Shown: positions 1-10,250, counted from the first letter of the stretch. The stretch is 64,000 bases of DNA from Candidatus Pacebacteria bacterium CG_4_9_14_0_2_um_filter_40_15 (GCA_002788675.1 PFRS01000005.1:314635-378634); one strand, 5' to 3'. Notes: generated by a model from the letters alone, not told the origin. A program made the numbers and translations.

Positions 1-326
1 CTATAAATAGAGTAATCGGTTTGAAAAAACGACAAGTAGGGTTACTCAGCGGTCTATGGCATGCCCTTAAACCAGGTGGTACACTTGTGTATTCTACCTG
101 TGCAGTTACTCCCGAAGAAGATGAGTGGGTGGTTGGCAAATTTCTGAAGAAAAGAAAAGGTGAGGCAACTCTGGTACCCTTTACAACCCCACAACAAGTT
201 CCTGGAAATCCTGGCATTCCAGGTGAATACGCTGTTGAGTATGACACAAGCCTAGTCCGCAGAGTGTTACCTCATACCTCAGGACTTGACCCTATGTTTG
301 TGGCGGTTTTTAAGAAAGCTTTGTAA
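1..326 (+). CDS. 16S rRNA m5C methyltransferase, RsmB/Sun (NOL1/NOP2) family, C-terminal fragment (5' end lies outside the window)
   Basis: The translation contains GGTLVYSTC, the conserved catalytic-cysteine motif of Sun-family RNA m5C methyltransferases. The ORF continues upstream of position 1. Confidence 0.6.
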   Translation, partial: INRVIGLKKRQVGLLSGLWHALKPGGTLVYSTCAVTPEEDEWVVGKFLKKRKGEATLVPFTTPQQVPGNPGIPGEYAVEYDTSLVRRVLPHTSGLDPMFVAVFKKAL

Positions 327-927
327 ACAACTCAGACTCTGGAAATCTAAATTTAGGTCGTGCTGGACCTTCTTTTCGGTACCCAAGTGCAAGCACAACT
401 ACTGGTATTTGATCTTCAGGAACTGAAAGAATTTTAGCGTACTCATTAGGTAAAAATCCCTCCATAGGACAGGAATCGATTTCTAACTCAGCAGCTGCCG
501 CAAGACCAAAACCTAGTGCAATGTATGCTTGTCGGGACGCCCAGGTTTCTTGTTGCTGATCAGACTTATTTGAGAGTGCCCCGGTCATCATGTTTTTCAT
601 TCCAGACAGTTTTTCTTTTGCCGCGCTATCTCCACCAGATAATTCTTCAACATATGCCGATACACGACCAACGGCATCGTTAAGTGCTGAGAAAACCAAA
701 ATATGAGAAGATTCAGTCAATTGAGCCTGATCATAAGAAGCAGCTCTTAGTTTTTCCTGAACAGATTTGTCTGAAATAATATGGACATGAAATGGTTGCA
801 AACCATAGGATGTTGGTGCTAAACGAACTGCTTCGAGAACTTTTGCTAAATCAGCATCTGATACCTTCTTTGTAGTATCAAACGACTTGGTGGCAAAACG
901 CCATGAGAGTTGAGATAAAAATGACAC
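310..927 (-). CDS. NAD(P)H nitroreductase family protein
   Basis: 205 aa with the typical nitroreductase layout: an N-terminal SxxK(R)FxxxxV region and a C-terminal GxxAxxxxLxAxxLGLGT-like block (ALGFGLAAAAELEIDSCPMEGF). Confidence 0.65.
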   Translation of the reverse strand: MSFLSQLSWRFATKSFDTTKKVSDADLAKVLEAVRLAPTSYGLQPFHVHIISDKSVQEKLRAASYDQAQLTESSHILVFSALNDAVGRVSAYVEELSGGDSAAKEKLSGMKNMMTGALSNKSDQQQETWASRQAYIALGFGLAAAAELEIDSCPMEGFLPNEYAKILSVPEDQIPVVVLALGYRKEGPARPKFRFPESELFTKLS

Positions 928-1118
928 ATGGTCCTTCCTTTTTATTGGAATAGTACTGTAGCATGTCTACTCAACTTTACAAAGGGTTGAAACTAGATAT
1001 AAGTCGAGCAATGTCTTTAGTCTAAGAGAAGGAAATTATATAACCTATAACTTGCAATCTAGGCTCTTTTTGGTATAATTTTCCCCATCTTACATCATGT
1101 GTCGTGTAATCACGATAT

Positions 1119-2366
1119 ATGGTTGGGATTATTTCGTTAACATTATCTGTTTTTTATTTTAATAAACCAAAAGAAACACAACCGGGGCTCAGCCCCAAAA
1201 GGTTAGAAACCGTGAGATACAGATTGAAAGTTCTAAATATTATTCTGCTTTTTGCTTTATTCTTGAGTGCATGTGGGCCAACTGGCTCTCCAGCACCGGT
1301 TCAAACTGTTGAGGAAACCACTGCTGGGCCAGCAATAAATGCAGTACCAACAGCAACCCTAGCCCCAGTTGCTGCTCCACCTCCCCCGCAACTCTATGAG
1401 CTGTATCCGGATGCAGATCCGGATGAGGTGTCCACTTACGCAGCAATAGCTGCGTGTGTGCCTGATCCCAACCTTACAAGTAAATTAGGTGGAATCTACA
1501 ACCTGCATCCTTGTTTAGACGAGGATTTCATGGCTGTGAGCAGTGTTCTCTCAGTGGTGACCCTGGCAAGCGTGTACTCTCTAAGTTCAGCTGAAGTAGC
1601 TGCAGGGACATTCACAATTGCCGGTGTTGTCACAACCATTGTGGCAGGTGTTGAAACTGTTGTAGCAGTGATAGTGGCTAGTCCTGTGACAGTACCAGCC
1701 GCAATTATAGCTGTAACAGGTCTTACGTTGTACGCATTCATTTCCTCTCCTCCCAGCATAACCGATCCTCGGCTAGCGGACTGGGTAGCAGGGGTCTATC
1801 CCAGTAAGGTAGCAATGATGGCTAATGGCCAATTTGCACTTGGCGGTGGAACTGCTGTCTTTACCGAGGACATGACCCGAATGAGTGAGGTTGATGTAGA
1901 TGCCTTTGTTGAGCGGTGGGATCTTACCCTTCGATTTACCAGCGGCCCAACAGCCGTAATTATCGAGGACCATCCGGTCCATGCGGCAAACGCCTACTTG
2001 GCGTTGTCAGCCTTGGGCTTTAAAGTCCTTGGCGTCTACCCAAGCTGCAGCTCATTTATGGGCAGCAGTGTAATGGGCTTAATCAGTGGAGGAATGTTTA
2101 TCAACCTCTACTTAATAGACGAACAGCTGTTGGGCGGCGAAAATGGCTCTGCCTGCGCAGTGTCCATCCGCAGCATTAGCCCGGCATCTTTTATTTTGCA
2201 TTACTCGTCTCTGGGGGGACGAGATATATTCGGTAACCAAATCCGTGCAACGAATCAGTTGAACGGTGCGACTGGCGTTACCGATGCCGTCCAAAAGAAG
2301 CAATCCATGTTCCGCTTTATCGAGTACATTCTCGAAAATGCGGACAAAATTGTTCCTCCTGGATAA
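1119..2366 (+). CDS. hypothetical Ala/Val/Thr-rich lipoprotein; true start probably GTG near 1213
   Basis: A signal peptide with the lipobox LFLSAC-G follows the RYRLK n-region. The body is low-complexity and A/V/T/P-rich. An AAAAGG RBS lies before the GTG. The antisense ORFs inside this gene are judged spurious. Confidence 0.45.
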   Translation: MVGIISLTLSVFYFNKPKETQPGLSPKRLETVRYRLKVLNIILLFALFLSACGPTGSPAPVQTVEETTAGPAINAVPTATLAPVAAPPPPQLYELYPDADPDEVSTYAAIAACVPDPNLTSKLGGIYNLHPCLDEDFMAVSSVLSVVTLASVYSLSSAEVAAGTFTIAGVVTTIVAGVETVVAVIVASPVTVPAAIIAVTGLTLYAFISSPPSITDPRLADWVAGVYPSKVAMMANGQFALGGGTAVFTEDMTRMSEVDVDAFVERWDLTLRFTSGPTAVIIEDHPVHAANAYLALSALGFKVLGVYPSCSSFMGSSVMGLISGGMFINLYLIDEQLLGGENGSACAVSIRSISPASFILHYSSLGGRDIFGNQIRATNQLNGATGVTDAVQKKQSMFRFIEYILENADKIVPPG

Positions 2367-2396
2367 TTATATTAAAAACAGATGAATGTTATTCAT

Positions 2397-2421
2397 AAGG
2401 CCAGGTATCACACCTGGCCTT
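2397..2421 (+). terminator. rho-independent terminator hairpin
   Basis: The perfect inverted repeat aaggccaggt-atcac-acctggcctt is followed by a T-rich tract, downstream of the 1119..2366 gene. Confidence 0.5.
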
Positions 2422-2554
2422 ATTTCGTATAACGATAATAAATGCGCGAGCCCTCTTGGCCCGCGCATTAAAATTGTGTCTGACCGACACCACATTTGAG
2501 TCTGAGAAAGCACAAATGTGTTTTGAACTAACAAAGAGGTACTACGCTCCTCAG

Positions 2555-3088
2555 TTAGTTACCGTGCATGCCCATTCCGCGGCCGGCACCTGAGCCATCT
2601 CCGCGACCTGCACCGGGGCCACCTTTCCCTTCACCAAGTCCCATGGGACCTACTAAAGAGATATCAATGCCTTGCTCTGATGCCCATGCTTCCATTTCGG
2701 AGCGGTGGGCGTCGCGGTAGGCGTCGCGTTCTTCAGGTGATGCGCTCAATAAAGCCTCGTGGTCTGCCTGCATTTCTTCATGCTTTTGTATTATGGCATC
2801 TGCCTGTTCTTGAGTAAGAGAACCATCTTCAACTTGAGTAGCTAAATGCTCTTCAAACCGTGATTGCATCGCGAGTTGATGCTCAACACGATATTGTGAA
2901 AATACTTCTTCTACTTCGCTCTCATTCAACCCAAACCGATCAGCGATTCGCTGGATGAGGGGAAGTCCGCGCTCGTTTTCCATAGCTTGAACCGTTGTAG
3001 CGGAAAAAGATCCGACTGCTAACAGTCCTGCTAAGGCAAGAGCTGGAAGAATGATTTTTTTGCTGTGCATAGATATTCCTTTCAGCAA
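2555..3088 (-). CDS. periplasmic CpxP/Spy/ZraP-family (LTXXQ) stress protein with Gly-rich C-terminal tail
   Basis: It has a signal peptide (ILPALALAGLLAVGSFSA) and an all-helical acidic body with an LTQEQ motif. The tail GPGAGRGDGSGAGRGMGMHGN is Gly/Met/His-rich like ZraP. It sits directly next to a two-component system, as cpxP and zraP do. Confidence 0.45.
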   Translation of the reverse strand: MLKGISMHSKKIILPALALAGLLAVGSFSATTVQAMENERGLPLIQRIADRFGLNESEVEEVFSQYRVEHQLAMQSRFEEHLATQVEDGSLTQEQADAIIQKHEEMQADHEALLSASPEERDAYRDAHRSEMEAWASEQGIDISLVGPMGLGEGKGGPGAGRGDGSGAGRGMGMHGN

Positions 3089-3152
3089 AACTATTTACTA
3101 CTAAGATGAAGTATAAGCAACTAAACTGAGAAAGAGCTTAAAACACAACAAA

Positions 3153-4220
3153 TTACTTTTGAGTAAGTGGCAATGAGACAGTAAAGGTGCTACCAGTACC
3201 GAGAGTACTTGAGACGGAAATAGAGCCTCCATGAGTCTCAACAATTTCCTTTGCGACTGCTAAACCAAGACCAAAACCTGCCTTATATTGTTGTGTTCTG
3301 GCAGTATCTACCCTATAAAATCGATTAAAGATGCAAGGTAATTCCGATGAACTGATACCTTCTCCTGTATCCTTAATCATCAATATGCATCGTCGACGTG
3401 ATGTTTTTAAAATAACATGTACTGAACCAGAAGCTGTATATTTTATTGCATTCTCAACTAAAATAGTAAGTAACTCTTGAATTTTTTCTTTATCAGCCTG
3501 AAGCTGCACACCTGCGCCCAACACTTCCAGATCTAATTCTTTTTCATCCGCAAGAGGTTTGAGCAAAGTCACCACTTTTTGCACTAATGGCTTAACCTCA
3601 AAAGTGCTAAAAGTAATTCTATGCCTGTTTCCTTGATACATTGTTAGTCGAAGCAGCTTATCAACAAGATACTGCAAGTTATCTACCTGTTCTAAAGAAG
3701 TTTCCACCACTTCTGAAACTTCTGTCTCAGAATGTTTTTTCTTTAATAAAAATACTTCCAATAGTATCTTTAGCGCTGTCACCGGAGTTCTCAGTTCATG
3801 AGAAGCATCAGCCACAAATTTCTTTTGATCTTCAAGTGCCTTTTGTATTGGTCCCAAGGTTTTACCTGCCAATAACCAACCTGCAAAAATAGCAAAAAGG
3901 GCTAAGATCGCGTTAATAGAAAATAATTGCCAAATAACAGACTCTTTTGCAACTTGAAGATCTTCAGTAAGTAACTGACTTTTTACAATGTGCTGTAAAC
4001 GAGGATCATCAAGCGTATCTAGTTGCTGACGCCAATGTGGAGGTAAGGCAATTCCATGTTCTTCAGCAAGCACACGTACTTTTGCTCGAGCAAAACTTCG
4101 TTCAAGCTCAACAGTAAATGAAAAATAGAGGGCTGTACTAAATAAAAGACTAATTGCCATTATGGTAAAGAGATACCAAATGGTCAATTTCATTCGAGCA
4201 GAATGGAACATTCCAAACAT
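3153..4220 (-). CDS. sensor histidine kinase
   Basis: Two N-terminal transmembrane segments are followed by the HisKA H-box ADASHELRTPVTAL and the HATPase_c blocks DTGEGI and GGFGLGLAVAKEIV. Confidence 0.85.
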   Translation of the reverse strand: MFGMFHSARMKLTIWYLFTIMAISLLFSTALYFSFTVELERSFARAKVRVLAEEHGIALPPHWRQQLDTLDDPRLQHIVKSQLLTEDLQVAKESVIWQLFSINAILALFAIFAGWLLAGKTLGPIQKALEDQKKFVADASHELRTPVTALKILLEVFLLKKKHSETEVSEVVETSLEQVDNLQYLVDKLLRLTMYQGNRHRITFSTFEVKPLVQKVVTLLKPLADEKELDLEVLGAGVQLQADKEKIQELLTILVENAIKYTASGSVHVILKTSRRRCILMIKDTGEGISSSELPCIFNRFYRVDTARTQQYKAGFGLGLAVAKEIVETHGGSISVSSTLGTGSTFTVSLPLTQK

Positions 4221-4222
4221 TG

Positions 4223-4909
4223 TTATTCTTTCTGGTCTTCTTGTATTGTATATCCAAAACCGCGCACCGTTTTTATAAAGGTAGGTTTACTGGAAAAAGG
4301 CTTCTCAAGTTTCGCTCGCAAGTAACCAACATACACTTCAACCGTATTTGGTAACACATCAGCATCAAATTCCCAAACTGCTTCAAGTATCTGATCTTTT
4401 GAAAGCACTCTACCCGCATTTTTAAGCAAATACACAAGCAATGAGAACTCTCTTTTTGAAAGGCTAATCGGGACATCATCCCGCAACACTGTCATAGCGG
4501 CAGTATCTACCCGTACATCATCATATTCTAGCACTTCATGTTGAAATGCCTTTTGTCTTCTAGCCAATGCCTGAACACGAGCTACTAACTCTGCAAATTG
4601 AAAAGGCTTCACAAGATAATCATCAGCCCCCGTCTGTAAACCACCCACCTTATCTTCAAGCGATCCTCGTGCTGTTAACATGAGAATTGGAGTGGTATTC
4701 CCTTCAGACCGTAATTCTGAACAAATCTCCATACCATTTTTTCCAGGAAGCATAAGATCTAAAAGTATCACATCATACGTTTCATTTATGGCTAAATCAA
4801 ACCCATCTAAACCATCGTAAGCTACATCCACAGCATACCCATGCGTCTGTAAACCTTTCTGAATTGACTCAGCAATAGTGTGATTGTCTTCGACAATAAG
4901 CAGTTTCAT
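4223..4909 (-). CDS. OmpR/PhoB-family response regulator
   Basis: The receiver domain (MKLLIVEDN...ILLDLMLPGKNG...) is followed by a winged-helix trans_reg_C domain (VEVYVGYLRAKLEKP...IKTVRGFGY). The start is set at MKLL rather than the longer ORF. Confidence 0.85.
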   Translation of the reverse strand: MKLLIVEDNHTIAESIQKGLQTHGYAVDVAYDGLDGFDLAINETYDVILLDLMLPGKNGMEICSELRSEGNTTPILMLTARGSLEDKVGGLQTGADDYLVKPFQFAELVARVQALARRQKAFQHEVLEYDDVRVDTAAMTVLRDDVPISLSKREFSLLVYLLKNAGRVLSKDQILEAVWEFDADVLPNTVEVYVGYLRAKLEKPFSSKPTFIKTVRGFGYTIQEDQKE

Positions 4910-5085
4910 ATGTGTACTATAGTATACCGGATTACTGAGAAAAACCTGAATGAGCTTTTTTTGACTGATGTATAGGTGTGTTTTACACACAGATTGCAGT
5001 GGTAATTTAAAAGTAAAAGTGATATACTACGTTTCTGCCTAAAACCAGGCTTCGTCTTGGTTTTTTTAGTTCTAGGAAGACATTT

Positions 5086-6918
5086 ATGCAAATGCTAAAA
5101 ATTCGAAACATTGCCGTTATAGCTCACGTTGACCATGGAAAAACAACTCTTGTGGACGCTCTCTTAAAGCAAACACACGTATTCCGTGATAATCAAAAGG
5201 AAATGAGTGAAGATCGTATTCTGGATAGTAATGACCTCGAGCGAGAACGCGGAATTACAATTTTGGCAAAAAACTGTGCAATCGATTACAAAGACTACAA
5301 AATCAACATCATTGATACTCCAGGTCACGCAGACTTTTCAGGTGAAGTTGAGCGAACCCTTTCAATGGCAGATGGAGCCCTGCTCATTATCGATGCGCAA
5401 GAAGGCCCAATGCCACAATCACGCTTTGTGCTTAAAAAAGCATTAGCTCTTGGATTAAAAATTATAGTTGTTGTTAATAAAATTGATAAACCTTTTGCCC
5501 GAACTGAGAAAGTTCTTGCAAAGGTAGAGGATCTATTCTTAGAGCTTGCTCAAGATGAAGATCAACTCCACTTTACTACCCTGTATGCAATTGCCCGAGA
5601 AGGTAGTGTTTTTACAGAAGTTCCTGAAGATTTAACACAAAAAGGAGATGTTACCCCACTTCTTGAGAGAATCGTCTCAGAAATTCCTGCTCCTCAAGTA
5701 AATCAAGACGGCCCATTCAAGATGGTTGTCTCAACTATCGATTACGATAAACATCTTGGTCGTATCAGTATTGGCCGTATCTCTCAAGGAACTATCCATC
5801 GTAGAGATACAATTATTGTGACTGATACTCCAACCAAAACTCACTCTGTAGAGCATCTTATGCTCTCTCGAGGTCTTGGACGTTATGAAACTGAAGAAGC
5901 TCAGGCTGGTGACATCGTCGCACTGACTGGTGTTTCAAATATCACCATTGGTCAGACACTTTCTGATCCAAGTGATACCACTTCACTCCACACTATTGAA
6001 ATTTCAGAACCAACGCTACATATGCAAATGGGTTCAAACTCATCTCCATTTTCTGCTCAAGAAGGTGACTTCACAACAAGTCGTCAACTTGAAGAGCGAC
6101 TAGAGCGAGAACTTGAAAGTAATCTTTCACTTCGTGTTGAAAAACTCGACGGGGGTCAGTTTAAACTTTCTGGTCGAGGTGAATTACACCTTTCTATTCT
6201 TCTTGAAAACATGCGCCGTGAAGGCTATGAAATGGAAGTAAGTAAACCTGAGGTTATTACCAAAAGGATTGATGGCATTCTTCACGAACCTATAGAAGAA
6301 GTAAGTATCATTGTTCCAGAGGAATTTAGTGGTGCAATTAATCAAGAACTCGGTAAACGATACGGTGAAATGCAAAAAATGGAATCAGTTACTGATACAG
6401 AAGTTGAATTTACCTATAAAATGGCAAGTCGAGCTTTAATTGGTCTGCGAAGTACGCTGCTAACACTCACAAAAGGCACTGCCTTAGTAAGTAGTCAATT
6501 TATCGCCTTTGAGCCAATGGGAAAACAAATTCCACAGCTGCGAAATGGTGTCCTTATCTCATCAGAAACTGGTGATGTAACTGCGTATGGACTCAATGCT
6601 GCCCAAGGCAGAGGTGTAACCTTTGTTAAACCAGGTGATACTATTTATGAAGGTCTTATTGTTGGTGTAAATGCTAAAAAAGAAGACATTGAAGTTAATG
6701 TCTGTAAGGGTAAAAAACTTACTAACATGAGAACTTCTGGTAGTGATGGTATTATCTCAATTATTCCACCACTTGAAATGAGTCTCGAGCAGGCGCTCGA
6801 ATTTATTGAAGACGATGAATTACTTGAAGTTACTCCTAAATCTATTCGTGTTCGTAAGAAAAATCTTACAGCAGTAGACAGAAAAAGACAAAAACGCAAA
6901 GAGCGAGAAACTAACTAA
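5086..6918 (+). CDS. typA: translational GTPase TypA/BipA
   Basis: IRNIAVIAHVDHGKTTLVD, DSNDLERERGITILAK and DTPGHADF match the BipA sequence pattern nearly residue for residue. The length is 610 aa. Confidence 0.9.
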   Translation: MQMLKIRNIAVIAHVDHGKTTLVDALLKQTHVFRDNQKEMSEDRILDSNDLERERGITILAKNCAIDYKDYKINIIDTPGHADFSGEVERTLSMADGALLIIDAQEGPMPQSRFVLKKALALGLKIIVVVNKIDKPFARTEKVLAKVEDLFLELAQDEDQLHFTTLYAIAREGSVFTEVPEDLTQKGDVTPLLERIVSEIPAPQVNQDGPFKMVVSTIDYDKHLGRISIGRISQGTIHRRDTIIVTDTPTKTHSVEHLMLSRGLGRYETEEAQAGDIVALTGVSNITIGQTLSDPSDTTSLHTIEISEPTLHMQMGSNSSPFSAQEGDFTTSRQLEERLERELESNLSLRVEKLDGGQFKLSGRGELHLSILLENMRREGYEMEVSKPEVITKRIDGILHEPIEEVSIIVPEEFSGAINQELGKRYGEMQKMESVTDTEVEFTYKMASRALIGLRSTLLTLTKGTALVSSQFIAFEPMGKQIPQLRNGVLISSETGDVTAYGLNAAQGRGVTFVKPGDTIYEGLIVGVNAKKEDIEVNVCKGKKLTNMRTSGSDGIISIIPPLEMSLEQALEFIEDDELLEVTPKSIRVRKKNLTAVDRKRQKRKERETN

Positions 6919-7129
6919 CTTTCACTTTAATTGGTACTTCATCTAACTCTATACCGTCATACTTAGCTATCGCTTGGTATGCTGCCATTGGTGGCATCTG
7001 AAATTCTACACAATGTTGGGCATGAGCCCCTGAATATTTAAATTGGGTGACTTCACCCAATTCTTCAAACATTTCAATTATGTCATTTTTAGACATGCTA
7101 TTAGGTAGTGCACAGACATGGACTCTCAT
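6911..7129 (-). CDS. small RRM-like RNA-binding protein (putative)
   Basis: The 72-aa protein has an RNP2-like stretch (VHVCALP), an RNP1-like stretch (AQHCVEFQM) and a beta-alpha-beta pattern ending in IKVKVS. Its stop overlaps the typA 3' end by 8 nt, in convergent orientation. Confidence 0.35.
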   Translation of the reverse strand: MRVHVCALPNSMSKNDIIEMFEELGEVTQFKYSGAHAQHCVEFQMPPMAAYQAIAKYDGIELDEVPIKVKVS

Positions 7130-7186
7130 AATGCTCGATTTTATACTTATTTTTTCTCCATAAAAAGTAGGAATATCTAGTATCTG

Positions 7187-8194
7187 TTACTTGGTCGGCG
7201 GGACCTCAACAGGATGTGCATTAACCCATTCATAGATATGTTTTGAGAGTTGTTCAAGCTGTGGTATTGCAGATCTTAGTTCTGGCAATGATTCAGATGC
7301 GGAGCTTACACATAACAGATACGGATTTTCAGGATGAAATACAATCTGACACTGATTAAAACGAAACTTCTCATGTGCCTCTGGTGGTGGATCATAATAA
7401 CCAAATTTGCTTGCTACTTCAATTTCATTGGGTATGCCAGCTACCAGCCCCATTTTGTACTGTGACTGAGTAAGTAATGACAATGCCTTTTCAGAGTTCA
7501 CCCTATTTAAATAACTAGCATTGTATAACATTCTAAACATATTAGAATAATCTTTAAGTGAAATTTCACCATCAAATTCCATGTGAGTCTGTTGCTCAAA
7601 TGATTGTAAAAAATCTGGATAATGCTTGTTAAGAATGTACTGTAATGAAGAAGCTGACTCATTATCAGAATACTTGATCATACGAGCGACCAGATCAGAT
7701 ACTGTATATTTTTTGCCATTTTCTAAAACCATATCTTTATATTCTTCAGTATCTAGATTGCGAGCAAAAAGAAACTGATTAGCATATAAAAATTCTTCAT
7801 CTAATAATGCTGGATACTCTTCTGATTTTTTATACACTGCTAATAGTATCAATACTTTACTAAGACTTGCCGGTGCAATTTTTTCGTTTTCGTTTATACC
7901 AAGCCATAATCCAGTACGCAAATTTCTATAATAAACATTAGTGGCATCACGCAGATGCAGTTGTTCCATTTTTGTAGTGATTTCTGTATCTAGTGCTTGT
8001 AACCTTGGCGACATGATATCAGCGTCACATTCAAGTAACGGCTCAATGTATCTATGACCAGTTTCTCTAATTTCCCGATAATCAGATAAAACAGTCTTTG
8101 ATGATTCAGATTGGTTCTTCCTTCCAAAATACAGTAACAAAGGAACTGATCCAAAAAGTACACCAACTAAAAATAAGATGAGATTTTTTTTCAT
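7187..8194 (-). CDS. class A beta-lactamase-related serine hydrolase (PBP-like fold)
   Basis: After the signal peptide come the SxxK motif (ASLSKV), the SDN motif (YSDNES) and a KTG-like motif (SKFGY). Confidence 0.55.
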   Translation of the reverse strand: MKKNLILFLVGVLFGSVPLLLYFGRKNQSESSKTVLSDYREIRETGHRYIEPLLECDADIMSPRLQALDTEITTKMEQLHLRDATNVYYRNLRTGLWLGINENEKIAPASLSKVLILLAVYKKSEEYPALLDEEFLYANQFLFARNLDTEEYKDMVLENGKKYTVSDLVARMIKYSDNESASSLQYILNKHYPDFLQSFEQQTHMEFDGEISLKDYSNMFRMLYNASYLNRVNSEKALSLLTQSQYKMGLVAGIPNEIEVASKFGYYDPPPEAHEKFRFNQCQIVFHPENPYLLCVSSASESLPELRSAIPQLEQLSKHIYEWVNAHPVEVPPTK

Positions 8195-8361
8195 GATCTA
8201 TAACAATTATTATCTTAACGAAGAATATGCTACACTCAGCATTTATGCAACGTACAAAATCCCTGTGTACAAGCCAAATATAGTTTCTTGAGTTTTGAAT
8301 AATAAACCCATAACTTATTTTTCTAAAACCCTCGGCTTTTACAGAACTCATGTGTTAGGGT

Positions 8362-8859
8362 ATGATATGGAGTATGTATCTTCACGATGTTTTAAAAAAA
8401 TACTTGCCAATACTTTTGATAAAAATAAGGTACCCCGGCACTCAGGTGGGATCACACTTTCAATGCTCAAAAAACTTCACTATTTTTCATGGTCAGAAAT
8501 CAGTACGTATCGGAAACCATTGCAATCTTGTTGATGCGCTCATTAACGCAGGCGACTCGTCAACAGTTTCCATCGGCGATTATGTTTTCTTTGGTCATGG
8601 AGTAAAACTTCTTGGCAGAGGCCATGATCTCAGATATAAGAATCAAAAACGTCAAACAACTATAACTGAAAAACCCATAACCATTGGAAATGGTGTTTGG
8701 ATCGCAACTGGTTCGACTATCTTAGGAGGAATAACTATAGGTGACCATGCAGTAATTGCAGCAGGAAGTATTGTGACTAAGAACGTTCCTCCAAACACAC
8801 TTGTAGCAGGTATCCCAGCTAAAGTCGTTAAAAAAATAGAGTTTAAAACAAATACATAG
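8362..8859 (+). CDS. hexapeptide-repeat sugar O-acetyltransferase (LbH family, maltose/galactoside acetyltransferase-like)
   Basis: It has tandem [LIV]-G-x-x-x-x-I hexapeptide repeats (IGNHCNL, IGDYVFF, IGNGVWIATGSTILGGITIGDHAVIAAGSIV) and the C-terminal NVPPNTLVAGIPAKVV. Confidence 0.7.
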   Translation: MIWSMYLHDVLKKYLPILLIKIRYPGTQVGSHFQCSKNFTIFHGQKSVRIGNHCNLVDALINAGDSSTVSIGDYVFFGHGVKLLGRGHDLRYKNQKRQTTITEKPITIGNGVWIATGSTILGGITIGDHAVIAAGSIVTKNVPPNTLVAGIPAKVVKKIEFKTNT

Positions 8860-9096
8860 TTACTTAACTGTATACCCCAACTTTGTTATCACGCCCTTAA
8901 GTTCATCTTCAGAAACCTTGGTCTTATCAAACTCAATCTCTGTTACTCCAGTCGCATAGCTAGTTGTAGCACTTGATACACCTGCAGTATCCTCAAGCTC
9001 TCCATCGATATTCATACTACAACTGGTGCAATGCATACCATCAACTTTCAACCTAATCTTTTCTCCACTTTGCTTTTTGTTTAAAAATGAAAACAT
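8860..9096 (-). CDS. copZ: copper chaperone CopZ (HMA domain)
   Basis: It carries the GMHCTSCS metal-binding motif (GMxCxxC) in a ferredoxin-like fold of about 70 aa. The start is set at MFSF. Confidence 0.75.
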   Translation of the reverse strand: MFSFLNKKQSGEKIRLKVDGMHCTSCSMNIDGELEDTAGVSSATTSYATGVTEIEFDKTKVSEDELKGVITKLGYTVK

Positions 9097-9107
9097 AGTT
9101 GCCTTTC

Positions 9108-10238
9108 TTATTTTACTTCCATTACTCCAGTATACATTCCCATTGAACAAGTAAAGGTAAATTTGCCTTTTGAAGTTGGTGTAAAAGTAAATGTCTGTGC
9201 ATCAGTGGCCTTAAGATTTGCAGAAATATTAAATTCTTTAAATATAAATGAAAGCGCACACGAATACGTTCCATTACTCTGCACTGTCAGTTCAACTGGA
9301 ACCCCTTGCTTTACTGTCACGTAATTTGGACTGTATCCCTGATTCACTGCGTTGATGGTAACCTTTTGCACTCCATTTACTACTTGTGCCATGCCACTTC
9401 CAGCTCCATTTGATTCTGCAAATCGGTCACTAGAAAAGAAATAGGTAACTGGGCGAACTATCTTGCTCAGCGTAATCGGTGCATCAGTAACAATCAGGAC
9501 CCCGTTCACAGAGTACAGCGCCATACCAATCAGAACAACAGAAGCAATCTTCGTAAATTTTTGATACCAACCTTCAGAGAGTTTTGCTGTAGCTACACCA
9601 ATTACAGCAAAAAGTGGAACGGTACCAAGCACAAAGGTACCTAAAATAAGTGCTCCACTGATTGGATTACCCGAGTTTATCGCAAGCACTTCCATTGCCT
9701 GAGTGACTCCACAAGGAATAAACACAGTGAGTAACCCGAGCAGCGCTGGGGCAAATAAGGCCTTGCTCTTACTAGAATTGCGAATATATCGCTGCAAAAA
9801 TTTAGGTGGCTGAAATGCAACATATCTAAAAATAGGATGGACATCAAGCAAATTCATTGCCGTCGCAAACATGAAAAATGCTGTGAAAATTTGGAAAAAT
9901 AACCGCACTTCTAAAGATAAAGTAATTGCGGATCCAAGCAGACCTAACATAAATCCTAAAATCACATGAGCCACAAATTTACTCAGTAGGAACATGCCCA
10001 CTGGCATCCAATCTAGCTCGTCGAATGAATCAAGACTAAATAGCGCCGATCGCTTTTGAAGAGCTTTTACATATGCAGCCTTCTTTTTTTCTTTTAGCTG
10101 TTTTTTGTCATTCACAATAGCTTCGTGCTCTTGATCCTTTTGGTTAGCAATTACACTTGCTAATAGTCCACCCTGCATTGCAGCACATGCGATTCCACCT
10201 GTAGTTAAACCAGTAATAAATATCAAAAATAAATTCAT
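9108..10238 (-). CDS. membrane protein with multi-TM permease-like domain fused to C-terminal cupredoxin-like domain (copper-resistance associated)
   Basis: About 6 to 8 TM helices with conserved Cys and Gly are followed by a C-terminal beta-rich domain (VKQGVPVELTVQSNGTYSCALSF...FTFTCSMGMYTGVMEV) that resembles cupredoxin_1. The gene lies between copA and copZ. Confidence 0.45.
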   Translation of the reverse strand: MNLFLIFITGLTTGGIACAAMQGGLLASVIANQKDQEHEAIVNDKKQLKEKKKAAYVKALQKRSALFSLDSFDELDWMPVGMFLLSKFVAHVILGFMLGLLGSAITLSLEVRLFFQIFTAFFMFATAMNLLDVHPIFRYVAFQPPKFLQRYIRNSSKSKALFAPALLGLLTVFIPCGVTQAMEVLAINSGNPISGALILGTFVLGTVPLFAVIGVATAKLSEGWYQKFTKIASVVLIGMALYSVNGVLIVTDAPITLSKIVRPVTYFFSSDRFAESNGAGSGMAQVVNGVQKVTINAVNQGYSPNYVTVKQGVPVELTVQSNGTYSCALSFIFKEFNISANLKATDAQTFTFTPTSKGKFTFTCSMGMYTGVMEVK

Positions 10239-10250
10239 AGAGACTGTTCC

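Noticed and set aside
1240-2303. Four minus-strand ORFs inside the 1119..2366 lipoprotein gene
   Set aside because: They are antisense to a longer ORF with a lipoprotein signal and have no motifs. They are probably artefacts of the GC-rich, Ala/Val codon composition.
5040-5068. Hairpin with a T7 run (aaaaccaggc-ttcgtc-ttggttttttt) just upstream of typA, as a possible attenuator
   Set aside because: The stem is imperfect at 8 of 9 positions. It sits where the typA promoter and RBS should be, and no upstream same-strand gene exists to terminate.
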